DNA of 64,000 nt from assembly GCA_947581805.1 (NCBI GenBank), contig CANPVM010000001.1, positions 249,712 through 313,711 on the forward strand, in the 5' to 3' direction. Shown one piece after another: positions 31,152 to 40,591 of the stretch. The number at the start of each line of letters is the position of its first letter. Positions within the stretch are counted from its first letter, which is position 1. Source of the DNA: an uncultured Clostridia bacterium. GTDB taxonomy: Bacteria > Bacillota > Clostridia > TANB77 > CAG-508. The notes below the pieces were generated by a model, which saw only the letters and a program-made list of their open reading frames with translations, was not told where the DNA came from and did not search any database. The translations under genes were made by a program, and so were the position numbers.

Positions 31152-32849
31152 ATGGATTTCATTATCAGTCATATTGGTATTATTGCGATTATTGTCGCAG
31201 TCATCTTGCTGCTTATATTTTTAGCAGCAATCTACAGAGTTGCAGACATTGATAAGGCACTCATTGTTACTGGTGGCAAACAGCCTGTAATTAAAGTTTC
31301 TGGCGGTTCATTCGTAATACCAATTTTCCGCAAGGCAAGTTACTTTGACTTATGTATGCTTACAGTAAAGGCAGATAAAGACGAAATAAAAACGTCTACA
31401 GCAGTACCAATCATTGCAGATTGGACTGCTCAAATTCGGCCATCTGTTTCGGATGAAGCAAAGTTGCGCACAGCCATCATTTCCTTTAAGGAACGTGGAA
31501 AAGAGGGTATTATTGCAGATGTTAAGTTAACGCTGATGGGTGCAGTACGTGATGTTGTTGCTTCTATGACTCCTGAAGCAATTTTGAAGGATAAAGAAGC
31601 GTTTAAGCAAGAAATTCAGAAAAGTGTGGCGGATGAAATGGATAATATGGGCCTTGAGCTTGTATCTCTTAATATCCAAGATGTTTCTGACAGCAATGGC
31701 TATTACAACAACATTGCAGCACTGGATTCGGCAGAAAAAGACAAGGCAGCCCAGATTAAGCAAGCAGAGGTGAATCAGGCAACTCGCCAAAAGAAAGCAG
31801 AAGCAAGCAAGACAGCTGAAATTGCTGAAGCAACTGCAATGAAAGAAACCAGAATTGCACAAATGGAAGCAGAACTGGCTGAAAAGGAAAAACGTAAGGA
31901 CACTGACATGAAATTGGCAGAGTTCAAAATCCAAACAGAAACAGCCAATGCAGATGCAGCCGTAGCAGGACAACTTCAAGAAACACTTCGACTTCGCGAG
32001 GTTGAGGAACGTAAGGGTGCTGTTGAAGTTATGAAAGCGGAACAGGAAAATTTGGCAGCGCAGAAGCAACGTGAAGTTATGGTTACTCGTGCTGAAGCAG
32101 AAAAGGAAAAAATGCGTGTTGATGCGGAGGCTGAGGCAAACGTTAAAACTATCGAAGCTGAAGCCACCATAAAAGTTGCTGAACGTAATGCAGATGCAGC
32201 ACGTAAAGAAGCACAGGGTAGTGCTGATGTTGAAACAACCAAAGCTCAGGCCCGTGTCAAAGTTGCTGAAAGTGATGCGGAAGCTATGAAAAAATCTGCA
32301 GCAGCGCAAGCTGAAAAGACTCGTGCAGAAGGTCTTGCAGAAGCAGAGGTTACTAAGGCAAAGGCAGAAGCTGCAGCTGAAGGTAAGAAAGCAGATTTAC
32401 TTGCTGATGCAGAGGGTATAAAGGCACAACAGCTTGCAGAAGCAGAAGGTATCAAAGCCAAAAAATTAGCAGAAGCAGAAGGTGAAAGAGCTCTGGCAGA
32501 AGCTCGTGCAGCAAACGAGAAAGTGAATTTCGAGATTGAAAAACTGCAAATTCAGACAGAGGCTCAAATCAAGATTGCAACTGCAACTGCTGAAATTATG
32601 GCAAACCTTGGTCAAAATGCTGAGTTCGTAAACATTAATGGTGGAAACATTCCGGGTAATGTAGGCGGTAATGGAACAGGGAATGTTCTATTTGATTCTA
32701 TTATGCAACTGCCTACTTTAATGAAAGTGTTAAACACGCAGAATGAGGCACTGAACGACCGCCCTGTAACAGAAGAAGTTAGCCAAATCTCAGAAGCAGT
32801 GCTTTCCGGACTGAAAGCACTGAAAAAAGACGATAGTTCATCCAATTAA
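31152..32849 (+). CDS. floT: flotillin-like SPFH/band-7 membrane protein with long Ala/Glu-rich repeat region
   Basis: N-terminal hairpin TM 'IIAIIVAVILLLIFLAAIY', SPFH core, about 280 aa of 'AEAEA/KAEA'-type flotillin repeats; locally GC-rich because of GCN/GAR codons. Confidence 0.8.
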   Translation: MDFIISHIGIIAIIVAVILLLIFLAAIYRVADIDKALIVTGGKQPVIKVSGGSFVIPIFRKASYFDLCMLTVKADKDEIKTSTAVPIIADWTAQIRPSVSDEAKLRTAIISFKERGKEGIIADVKLTLMGAVRDVVASMTPEAILKDKEAFKQEIQKSVADEMDNMGLELVSLNIQDVSDSNGYYNNIAALDSAEKDKAAQIKQAEVNQATRQKKAEASKTAEIAEATAMKETRIAQMEAELAEKEKRKDTDMKLAEFKIQTETANADAAVAGQLQETLRLREVEERKGAVEVMKAEQENLAAQKQREVMVTRAEAEKEKMRVDAEAEANVKTIEAEATIKVAERNADAARKEAQGSADVETTKAQARVKVAESDAEAMKKSAAAQAEKTRAEGLAEAEVTKAKAEAAAEGKKADLLADAEGIKAQQLAEAEGIKAKKLAEAEGERALAEARAANEKVNFEIEKLQIQTEAQIKIATATAEIMANLGQNAEFVNINGGNIPGNVGGNGTGNVLFDSIMQLPTLMKVLNTQNEALNDRPVTEEVSQISEAVLSGLKALKKDDSSSN

Positions 32850-32913
32850 AACTCTAATGCACTAAAACAAACACAACTATTATCACAAACTTTACCTTTT
32901 AAAGGGTATCCTT

Positions 32914-34533
32914 TTACTTTAGGATACCCTTTTTTTCAACTTTCACAAACGTTCCAAACAAAACCAATAAAACAAAATAAAGAAAAATAAAAATACCACC
33001 ATAAACTAAAAACTCTGCAAAGGAATCAGTTGTAAAAAAAGAAGAAAAAATAATATTTAAAAAGAAAATACTAAGAAAAGGCTTAATTAGCCAATCCATA
33101 AAATTAATTTTAAAATGAGTATGCTTAATAAGAAGGCATAAACTCAATAGACCATTAACAATCTCACTTACAAATAAAACTATAATATACCCTTTTATAC
33201 CTTGCATAGGAAGTAAAAAATAAATTAGGCAAATACTAGAAATTAAATCAATAATGTTAATACCCATAACACTTACTTGTTTATCAAGCCCCTTTAAAAT
33301 ATTATCCACAATATTATCAATATACATAAACACAATCAACGGGCACAAAAGTTTAATATAAAAAGCAACATTAATATTAGGATAAATATATGTATTTAAA
33401 TCCTTAGCAAAGCACCAAAAAAAGCCCATAATCAAAAAAGAAAAAATAAAACAATACTTAAATATCTTGTGAAAAGCAAAATGCATCTTTTGCTCATCTT
33501 TCCTCGCATTAAGATAAGAAAACTCTGGAATAAGAAGTGAGCTGAAAGAAGAAATAAACGTACAAGGAAAAAGAATAAGCGGCATAACCATACCATGAAT
33601 TATTCCATAAGAGGAAAGAGCCCCTTCACAAGAAAGCCCAGACTTTTCCAACTGAGTTGGAATAAGCAGTTGTTTTAAAGTAGAAAGCCCAGAGCGAATA
33701 TAAGAAGTAAAAGAAATAGGTAAAGAAATCTTTAATATTTGTTTGGTATAATTCGTATCCTTAAAACTAGGGGCAGTTAATTTTCGCTTATCTCTTATAA
33801 ACAAAAATAGTAAAAATAAAAAAGAAAGAAATTCAGAAATTAAGCTACCAAGCACTAAAGAGATACAAGCATATTCTAAACCAGAAGGGAAAAAAGAATT
33901 TAGAAAAAAGGAAATAAACGTAATTTTACAAAATTCCTCTAAAACTTGAGTATATACAGTTTTTTTTACTTTTCTTAATGCAGAAAAATATCCATTCATA
34001 CAAGAAGAAAGAGCAAGAAAAGGGAGAGAAAAAGCTAAAATACGTAAAGAAACAGGAGAAACTTTATCATGTAAGCAAGCAGTCGTAAGAAAAGGAGCAC
34101 AAGTAAATAATAAAAAGCATGCAAAGCAACCCATAACAAGGCTATAAGATAAACACTTCTTCATAGCCTTTTTAATGCCAGCCTCCATACCAAAAGCCTC
34201 TTGCTCAGAAACAATACGAGTAGTAGCCAAATGAATACCAGAATTAGCAAGAACAGTAGCAAAAAGATAAACAGACATCATAAGTTGATAAACACCAATA
34301 GCTTCACTACCAATCTTATTCGAAATATAAACATTAAAAAACATACCAATACTGCGCATCACAAGCCCAGTAATAGTAAGCAAAATCCCATTAAATAAAA
34401 AAACTTGAATACGTCTCAAAATATCACCTATCCAAATATATGTAGGAGAAAATGAAAAAATGTTATATTTTAGGGACGGGGTAAAAAATATAAAATCTAT
34501 TCTAAAAATATATAAGGTGAAAGGGTCAAACAC
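32914..34533 (-). CDS. MOP-superfamily flippase (SpoVB / polysaccharide biosynthesis protein type); true start probably TTG near 34420
   Basis: 14-TM protein. 'ILLTITGLVMRSIGMFFNVYISNKIGSEAIGVYQLMMSVYLFATVLANSGIHLATTRIVSE' matches the SpoVB/MurJ-like N-terminus. The first ~38 codons of the ORF read through an intergenic repeat, so the start is likely internal. Confidence 0.65.
   Translation of the reverse strand: MFDPFTLYIFRIDFIFFTPSLKYNIFSFSPTYIWIGDILRRIQVFLFNGILLTITGLVMRSIGMFFNVYISNKIGSEAIGVYQLMMSVYLFATVLANSGIHLATTRIVSEQEAFGMEAGIKKAMKKCLSYSLVMGCFACFLLFTCAPFLTTACLHDKVSPVSLRILAFSLPFLALSSCMNGYFSALRKVKKTVYTQVLEEFCKITFISFFLNSFFPSGLEYACISLVLGSLISEFLSFLFLLFLFIRDKRKLTAPSFKDTNYTKQILKISLPISFTSYIRSGLSTLKQLLIPTQLEKSGLSCEGALSSYGIIHGMVMPLILFPCTFISSFSSLLIPEFSYLNARKDEQKMHFAFHKIFKYCFIFSFLIMGFFWCFAKDLNTYIYPNINVAFYIKLLCPLIVFMYIDNIVDNILKGLDKQVSVMGINIIDLISSICLIYFLLPMQGIKGYIIVLFVSEIVNGLLSLCLLIKHTHFKINFMDWLIKPFLSIFFLNIIFSSFFTTDSFAEFLVYGGIFIFLYFVLLVLFGTFVKVEKKGILK
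34471..34496. repeat. repeat family 3 copy (TAGGGACGGGGTAAAAAATATAAA); second copy at 63021-63046
   Basis: 24-nt near-identical (2 mismatches) GC-rich box in two intergenic or leader locations. Confidence 0.55.
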
Positions 34534-34654
34534 ACATTTTACTTTCTTTCATATGATATTTTAAGTCAAAAAATAAAACAACAATTATTTCAAATATATA
34601 TTGCATACCGCAAAATATAAAACATTGAAATAGTGAGAAGTAAGGAGTGAAAAC

Positions 34655-35881
34655 ATGAAAAAAGTAAAATGGCTCATATGTCTTATCATATTTATTTTTC
34701 CAATGTACATATTAACAGGACCTGTTTATGCCTTTAGTCCATCCAGTCCTACTTTATATCAAGGAATTGATGTCAGTGGTTGGCAAGAAAATATTAATTA
34801 TGCACAAGTAGCAGAAAGTGGCATTCAAATTGTGTATATGAAAGCAAGTGAAGGGAGCAATTTTGTCGACCCATATTTTGAACAAAATTATACAAATGCC
34901 AAGGCTAATGGATTAAAAGTAGGATTTTACCATTACTTAACAGCAAGAAGTCAACAAGAAGCGGTGCTAGAGGCAAACTTCTTTGTATCTACAATTGCAG
35001 GAAAAATACCAGACTGCAGGCTAGCTATGGACTTTGAAAGTTTTGGAAGCTTAAGCATAGAAGAAATCAATCAAATTGGACTTACATTTGTAAGAACAGT
35101 AGAAACTTTAAGTGGAAAAGAAGTAGTTATATATAGCGACACAAGCAATGCTTCTAGTGTATTTGGAGGGGAGCTAACCAATTATCCTTTATGGGTAGCG
35201 CAATATGAAGTAGAAGAACCTACTCCGAACGGAAATTGGAATTCATGGGTAGGCTGGCAATATACAGATTTAGGAGAAATTGCAGGAATTAACGGTTATG
35301 TAGATAGAGATGAATTTACAGAAGAAATTTTTTTAAACACATCATCTGAAATTCCACTTCCAGAAAACACAAATAAACCAACAGCAGGAAAAACAATGGA
35401 AATTATTATACAAAGGGGAGACACCTTAACAGAACTTGCCATCAAATATAATACAACAGTAGCAAGGCTAGTAGAACTTAATAACATAGCAAATCCAAAC
35501 TTAATATATGCAGGAGCAACACTTATTGTACCAAGTGGAGAAACAGCCATGGATAGTGATGGAAATTCAACTTCTGGTCAAACAATTTACATTGTACAAA
35601 GAGGTGACACTTTAGACCAAATAGCGGCAGAATTTGGAACAACAGCAATTGCCATTGCAAAAGAAAACAATATCAGAAATATCAATCTTATATATGTAGG
35701 TCAAAGACTAATAATTCCAACAAATCGCTATGACTTAAATCATATCATTTATAAGATACAATATGGAGATACCCTATATTCTATTTCAAGAAGATATGGC
35801 GTTAGCATTGCAACAATTGTAAGACTAAATAGAATTAAAAATCCAAACCTAATTTATGCAGGGCAAACATTAAGAATATAA
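34655..35881 (+). CDS. GH25 muramidase (lysozyme) with three C-terminal LysM domains, secreted
   Basis: Signal peptide; 'GIDVSGWQENINYAQVAESGIQIVYMKASEGSNFVDPYFEQNYTNAKANGLKVGFYHY' GH25 motifs; three LysM repeats ('IIQRGDTLTELA...', 'YIVQRGDTLDQIA...', 'YKIQYGDTLYSIS...'). Confidence 0.85.
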   Translation: MKKVKWLICLIIFIFPMYILTGPVYAFSPSSPTLYQGIDVSGWQENINYAQVAESGIQIVYMKASEGSNFVDPYFEQNYTNAKANGLKVGFYHYLTARSQQEAVLEANFFVSTIAGKIPDCRLAMDFESFGSLSIEEINQIGLTFVRTVETLSGKEVVIYSDTSNASSVFGGELTNYPLWVAQYEVEEPTPNGNWNSWVGWQYTDLGEIAGINGYVDRDEFTEEIFLNTSSEIPLPENTNKPTAGKTMEIIIQRGDTLTELAIKYNTTVARLVELNNIANPNLIYAGATLIVPSGETAMDSDGNSTSGQTIYIVQRGDTLDQIAAEFGTTAIAIAKENNIRNINLIYVGQRLIIPTNRYDLNHIIYKIQYGDTLYSISRRYGVSIATIVRLNRIKNPNLIYAGQTLRI

Positions 35882-35934
35882 AAGAAAAAGATTGGCACCA
35901 AACCACATAAGTTTTCATAAAATGTAATAAAAGA

Positions 35935-36022
35935 TGTCTCTTTGGGGACGTTTTCCAAAGGGACATTTTTTCAAAATGTCTCATTAAGAAACGTCCTCCA
36001 AAGGGACATTACAAAAGAGACA
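35935..36022. repeat. repeat family 2: composite element with two direct copies of ACGTYYTCCAAAGGGACATT flanked by 9-bp inverted ends TGTCTCTTT/AAAGAGACA
   Basis: Read directly; lies 15 nt upstream of the ABC ATPase start; related single box 'AACGTCCCCAAAGGGACACTT' at 44793-44813. Confidence 0.6.
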
Positions 36023-36036
36023 AAGGTAGGTGCAAG

Positions 36037-36780
36037 ATGAAAGAAGTTTTAAAAGTAAAAAACATAAGCAAAAAATATCAAGCAGAAAATGGAGAGGTAG
36101 AAGCATTAAAAGATATTAGTTTTTCAATTAAAGAAGGTGAATTTGTAAGTTTAATAGGACCAAGTGGATGTGGAAAATCAACAGTATTATCAATTATTGC
36201 AGGGTTAGAAGAAAAAAGCTCTGGTAGTATAGAAATAGATGGAGAAATTGGCTATATGCTACAAAAAGACAGTCTTTTAGAATGGCTTACAATTTATAAA
36301 AATGCGCTTTTTGGATTAGAAATACGAAACCAAAAAACAAAGGAAAATGTGGAATATGTGGATAACTTACTAAAAAAATATAACTTATATGAATTTAAAG
36401 ACAAATATCCAAACCAATTATCTGGAGGAATGAGGCAAAGAGCAGCGCTTATTCGTACTTTAGCCATAAAGCCCAAAATTCTACTATTAGATGAAGCCTT
36501 TTCTGCACTAGATTATCAAACAAGAATAATGGTAACAAAAGATATTTATGACATTCTAAAAAATGAACACATTACAACATTAATGGTAACACATGATATT
36601 TCAGAAGCAATAAGTATGTCAGATAGAGTAATTGTGTTAAGTAATAGACCAGCAGTAGTAAAAGAAATTCATAAAATAGAGTTTGAAATAGAAAATAGAA
36701 CTCCACTAAACTGTAGAGAAAGTCCAAAATTTAGTAAATACTTTGATACCATTTGGAAAGGACTAGATGTACATGGATAA
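36037..36780 (+). CDS. ABC transporter ATP-binding protein (NitT/TauT family)
   Basis: Walker A 'GPSGCGKST', signature 'LSGGMRQR', Walker B 'LLLDEAFSALD'. Confidence 0.85.
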   Translation: MKEVLKVKNISKKYQAENGEVEALKDISFSIKEGEFVSLIGPSGCGKSTVLSIIAGLEEKSSGSIEIDGEIGYMLQKDSLLEWLTIYKNALFGLEIRNQKTKENVEYVDNLLKKYNLYEFKDKYPNQLSGGMRQRAALIRTLAIKPKILLLDEAFSALDYQTRIMVTKDIYDILKNEHITTLMVTHDISEAISMSDRVIVLSNRPAVVKEIHKIEFEIENRTPLNCRESPKFSKYFDTIWKGLDVHG

Positions 36781-37574
36781 AGAAATAAAGATATCAGAAG
36801 ATAGAAAAAAATATTTACAAAAGAGGAAAAGGGAAAAAATACTCATCAAAATAGTACAATTTAGTATTATTATAGGCATAATTGTATTGTGGGAAGTACT
36901 TGCAAACCAAGGAATTATTGATAGTTTCATTATGAGCCAACCATCTCGTATGGTAAAAACATTTTTTAATTTGTCTAGCAATAATTTATTGGAACATTTA
37001 AAAGTAACCTGTTTAGAAACCTTAATTGGATTTTTACTTGGAACCTTTTTAGGAGCCATTATTGCTATTTTCTTATGGTGGTCAAGGTTCTTATCGAAAG
37101 TAGCAGAACCATTTTTAGTAGTATTAAATAGCCTTCCAAAAGTAGCACTTCGGACCAGTCATAATTATTTGGGTAGGAGCAGGAATGCCAGCCATTATTG
37201 TAATGGCATTAGCAATTTCCTTAGTTGTTACCATACTAGAAATTTTAAACGGCTTTTTAAATACCGATAAAGAACTAATAAAAATGGCAAAAACCTTCCA
37301 TGCCAACAAATTTCAAATATTAACAAGGATTATCATTCCTGCTAACAAACACACTTTCTTTAACTCTTTAAAAGTCAACATTGGACTATCACTAGTAGGT
37401 GTTATTACAGGAGAATTCCTAGTATCAAAAGCAGGACTTGGTTACCTAATCGTCTATGGTGGGCAGGTATTCCAATTAGACCTAGTAATGACAAGTGTTG
37501 TCATACTTGCCGTAGTTGCTTATATTATGTACCAAGCAGTAGTTTTGTTAGAAAAGTTAGTCGTAAAAAGGTAA
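36767..37574 (+). pseudogene. ABC transporter permease (NitT/TauT family) split by single-C insertion at 37151
   Basis: Two overlapping ORFs (36767-37270, 37185-37574). Removing c37151 ('ctt c gga') gives continuous '...LNSLPKVALGPVIIIWVGAGMPAIIVMALAIS...'. Confidence 0.8.
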
Positions 37575-37581
37575 AACTAAA

Positions 37582-37648
37582 AAAGAGATGCAATGAAATG
37601 AAGTAAACATTTTGAAGTTCACTTCATTTCATTGCATCTCTTTTTAAT
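37582..37648 (+). terminator. very long hairpin (23-bp perfect stem, 16-nt loop) + T-run between permease and substrate-binding genes
   Basis: 'aaagagatgcaatgaaatgaagt' 37582-37604 pairs with 37621-37643, followed by ttttt. Confidence 0.65.
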
Positions 37649-37842
37649 TATATGATTTGTAAAAAAACTTAGGTTATTATTGAGCTTTATAAATTATTCC
37701 TATAAAACATAAATGTCAAACATTTTCAAAATTTGTTAATTCTCACTTTTCTTTCAAAACCAAGTTACCATCATAAGGAAAACCGAATACAATATACAAG
37801 AATGATTTTTAACATTCAAAAAATAAGAAAGGAGAAAGAAAA

Positions 37843-38853
37843 GTGAAAAAATACTTAATAATAGCACTTATTGTTGTACTTATTATAGTAGGGGTAATCG
37901 TTTACTTCGTAACAAGAGAAGACACACAAACTAGCTCACTAACCAAAATACGTCTAAACGAGGTAACCCGTTCCGTCTTTTATGCACCACAATACGTTGC
38001 AATAGCTAAAGGCTTTATGGAAGAAGAAGGATTAGAAATTGAAATGACTACAGGGCAAGGTGCAGACAAAGTAATGACAGCAGTCTTAGCAGGCCAAAGC
38101 GACATAGGATTTGCAGGACCAGAAGCATCAATTTATGTGTATAATGAAGGAAAAGAAGACTACTGCGAAGTCTTTGCACAATTAACACAAAAAGATGGTT
38201 CATTCTTAGTAAGTAGAGAGCCAACAGACAACTTCAGCTGGCAAGACTTAAAAGGAAAAACAGTAATTCCAGGAAGAAAAGGTGGAGTTCCATACATGAC
38301 CTTTGAATATGTACTAAAACAAAATGGAATTAACCCACAAACAGACTTGATTTTAGATGATAGCATCAAATTTGACTTAATGGCAGGAGCCTTTTCCGGA
38401 GGAACCGCAGACTATGTTACATTATTTGAGCCAACTGCAACCATGACAGAGCAAGCAGGAAAAGGCTATGTAGTAGCATCAGTAGGAGAGGCTTCTGGTG
38501 AAATACCATACACAGCCTACTTTGCAAGTAAAAGTTATATAGAAAAAAACAGTGACATCATTCAAAAATTCACCAATGCCATATATAAAGGACAAAAATG
38601 GGTAGCAGAACATACCATGAAAGAAGTAGCAGAAGCAATACAAAGCTTCTTCCCAGATACTGATGTTGAATTATTAGCACAAGTATTACAAAGCTATAAA
38701 GATATAGACGCATGGAAAACGACTCCAGTAATGAAAGAAGAATCATATAACCTATTACAAACAGTTATGGAAGAAGCAGGAGAATTAGAACAAAAAGCAC
38801 CATTTGATAAAGTAATTAACAATAGCTATGCCCAAAAAGCAATAGAACAATAA
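37843..38853 (+). CDS. ABC transporter substrate-binding lipoprotein-like protein (NMT1/THI5-like, SsuA/ThiY family)
   Basis: GTG start after RBS aaaggag; N-terminal TM/signal anchor; 'FYAPQYVAIAKGFMEEEGLEIEM...GQSDIGFAG' NMT1-type SBP pattern. Confidence 0.7.
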   Translation: MKKYLIIALIVVLIIVGVIVYFVTREDTQTSSLTKIRLNEVTRSVFYAPQYVAIAKGFMEEEGLEIEMTTGQGADKVMTAVLAGQSDIGFAGPEASIYVYNEGKEDYCEVFAQLTQKDGSFLVSREPTDNFSWQDLKGKTVIPGRKGGVPYMTFEYVLKQNGINPQTDLILDDSIKFDLMAGAFSGGTADYVTLFEPTATMTEQAGKGYVVASVGEASGEIPYTAYFASKSYIEKNSDIIQKFTNAIYKGQKWVAEHTMKEVAEAIQSFFPDTDVELLAQVLQSYKDIDAWKTTPVMKEESYNLLQTVMEEAGELEQKAPFDKVINNSYAQKAIEQ

Positions 38854-38905
38854 ACAGGAGGGACGCCCCTTTTCGTTCCAAAATGGAACGCTGGGGACAC
38901 CCCCT
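38854..38905 (+). repeat. repeat family 1, copy 2
   Basis: 'aggagggacgccccttttcgttccaaaatggaacgctggggacaccccc' immediately after stop at 38853. Confidence 0.75.
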
Positions 38906-39060
38906 TTTTCTTTTTTCTATGCTTTTTTTACAAGTTTGTTACAGTTTTATGATAAATAGTTAGTAAATATTGACAAAGAAATATAAATAAAATATACTAA
39001 AATAGTAACAACTATAAACATAAAATTATAACAAAAAACAATATTAGGAGGAAGAAAAAA

Positions 39061-40413
39061 ATGAAATTTACAAAGGAAAAAGGAATTACACTAATAACTT
39101 TAGTTATAACAATAGTTGTACTAATCATTTTAGCAGGAATTAGTATTAGTCTAGTATTAGGAGAAAATGGACTATTTAACAAAGCTAAAAGTGCTGCAAC
39201 AGAAACAGCAAAAGCAAGATTTGTAGAGGATGCAGGTTTTGCATATTCAGAAGCATATATAGAAAAGTTAGAAGCATCTAATTCTAAAGAAATAACAATA
39301 GGAGATGTGGTATCAAAATTAAAGTCAAGTTATGGCTATACAGATAATCAAATAAAAACTGTTACAAGTGGCGTATCTGATATCACACTAAGCGATTACG
39401 AAGTAACTTTAAAGCCAGGTGAAACAAAAGAGGTAACAGTAACCTTAGAGAATGAAACCTATTATGCATTAGTAGAAGGCTTATATTATACAATGACATT
39501 GTCAAATGGAGAAGTAGCATTAGGGAAAGAAGGAGTAGAAAGTTTGCCAGAAGGAGATGAAACAACAGATACAATTCATGCAACAGTAGCAGAAGAAAGT
39601 GGTATAGAGATATCAGTAGAAGGAGACAAAATTAAAATAACAGTAAATAAAGAACAAGAACAAGCAGGGGAAGCAACAGTAACAGTAACATACGGAGAAA
39701 GTATAACAGAAACAATAACAGTAAAAATAAAAGTTGTACCAAAGCAAGGAGATGTATTACCATTAGGTGATGTAAACGTAGGTAATATAAAACTTGCACA
39801 TGGATGGAAATACTTTTATAATGACGAAAAGGAAAATAAAGTGTGGCTAATATATGATGGAATATTAGAAGCAGGAGCTCATCAAATTAGTAGTGATGGA
39901 ACAATAAAACTAAGAGGAAACGAGGTGAATTCATCAATCAATAGAGATGATTTAATTAGTTACTTAAATGGAACAGACAGTTACGCAGGAAAATGGGACC
40001 ATATAAAAACAGGAATAAAGGAAGCATTAGATGCAAAAAAAATAACTGTACAAGATAGCGAAATAGAAGTGAAAGGTTCTCCAGATATCGAGTTATTTCA
40101 AAAAGCATACAATCAGATGTATCCAAATGAAAAACTTGAAGTGCAGGGAAACAATACAGAAGGTTGGAAATATAGATTTGGGGGAACTGGAAATTTTGAA
40201 AATTACGTTAATGTTTCAGATTATCATAGTAAAACATTATTCTTTATAGAAAGTCATTATTGGTTGTCTAGTCCATCAGGTTATAATGGTCTTAAGATGT
40301 GCTATGTGAACTATAGCGGATATTTTTGGTATAACAACTTTAACGTTACTAGCATTTGCGCTCGCCCCGTAGTTTCCATTCCAAAAACTGCATTCGACAA
40401 ATTAGTAAGTTAA
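39061..40413 (+). CDS. large pilin-like protein: prepilin-type N-terminal cleavage/methylation segment + Ig-like (Big) domain + C-terminal globular domain
   Basis: 'KGITLITLVITIVVLIILAGISISLV' parallels class III signal 'KGFTLIELLVVIAIIGILAA'; 'VTLKPGETKEVTVTLEN' Ig-like strand pattern. Confidence 0.55.
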   Translation: MKFTKEKGITLITLVITIVVLIILAGISISLVLGENGLFNKAKSAATETAKARFVEDAGFAYSEAYIEKLEASNSKEITIGDVVSKLKSSYGYTDNQIKTVTSGVSDITLSDYEVTLKPGETKEVTVTLENETYYALVEGLYYTMTLSNGEVALGKEGVESLPEGDETTDTIHATVAEESGIEISVEGDKIKITVNKEQEQAGEATVTVTYGESITETITVKIKVVPKQGDVLPLGDVNVGNIKLAHGWKYFYNDEKENKVWLIYDGILEAGAHQISSDGTIKLRGNEVNSSINRDDLISYLNGTDSYAGKWDHIKTGIKEALDAKKITVQDSEIEVKGSPDIELFQKAYNQMYPNEKLEVQGNNTEGWKYRFGGTGNFENYVNVSDYHSKTLFFIESHYWLSSPSGYNGLKMCYVNYSGYFWYNNFNVTSICARPVVSIPKTAFDKLVS

Positions 40414-40591
40414 ATTCATTTAAAAATATAAAATTAAAAATTGGAATATAGGATTTCTCAAGCGAGTGCAAGTCCGCTTAAGAAAAAATATATAAATAAA
40501 AATGTGAATAATAATTAGAAAAAATGCCAAAAATTATGCAATTTTGGCATTTTTTAAATTTTATAAAAATATGAAAATAATTTTTTCTCAC

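Noticed and set aside
31527-32845. Long minus-strand ORFs (260, 88, 71, 77 aa) inside the flotillin gene
   Set aside because: They are rich in Cys/Ser/Ala/Phe nonsense produced by reading the complement of GCN/GAR repeat codons, with no RBS. They are artefacts of the compositional bias.
35935-36022. TPP riboswitch upstream of the NMT1/THI5-like ABC importer
   Set aside because: The NMT1/THI5-type substrate-binding protein suggested thiamine-pyrimidine transport. The leader lacks the conserved CUGAGA/ACCUGAUCUGGAUAAUGC-type THI-box elements, and the palindromic GGGAC box looks like a DNA operator instead.
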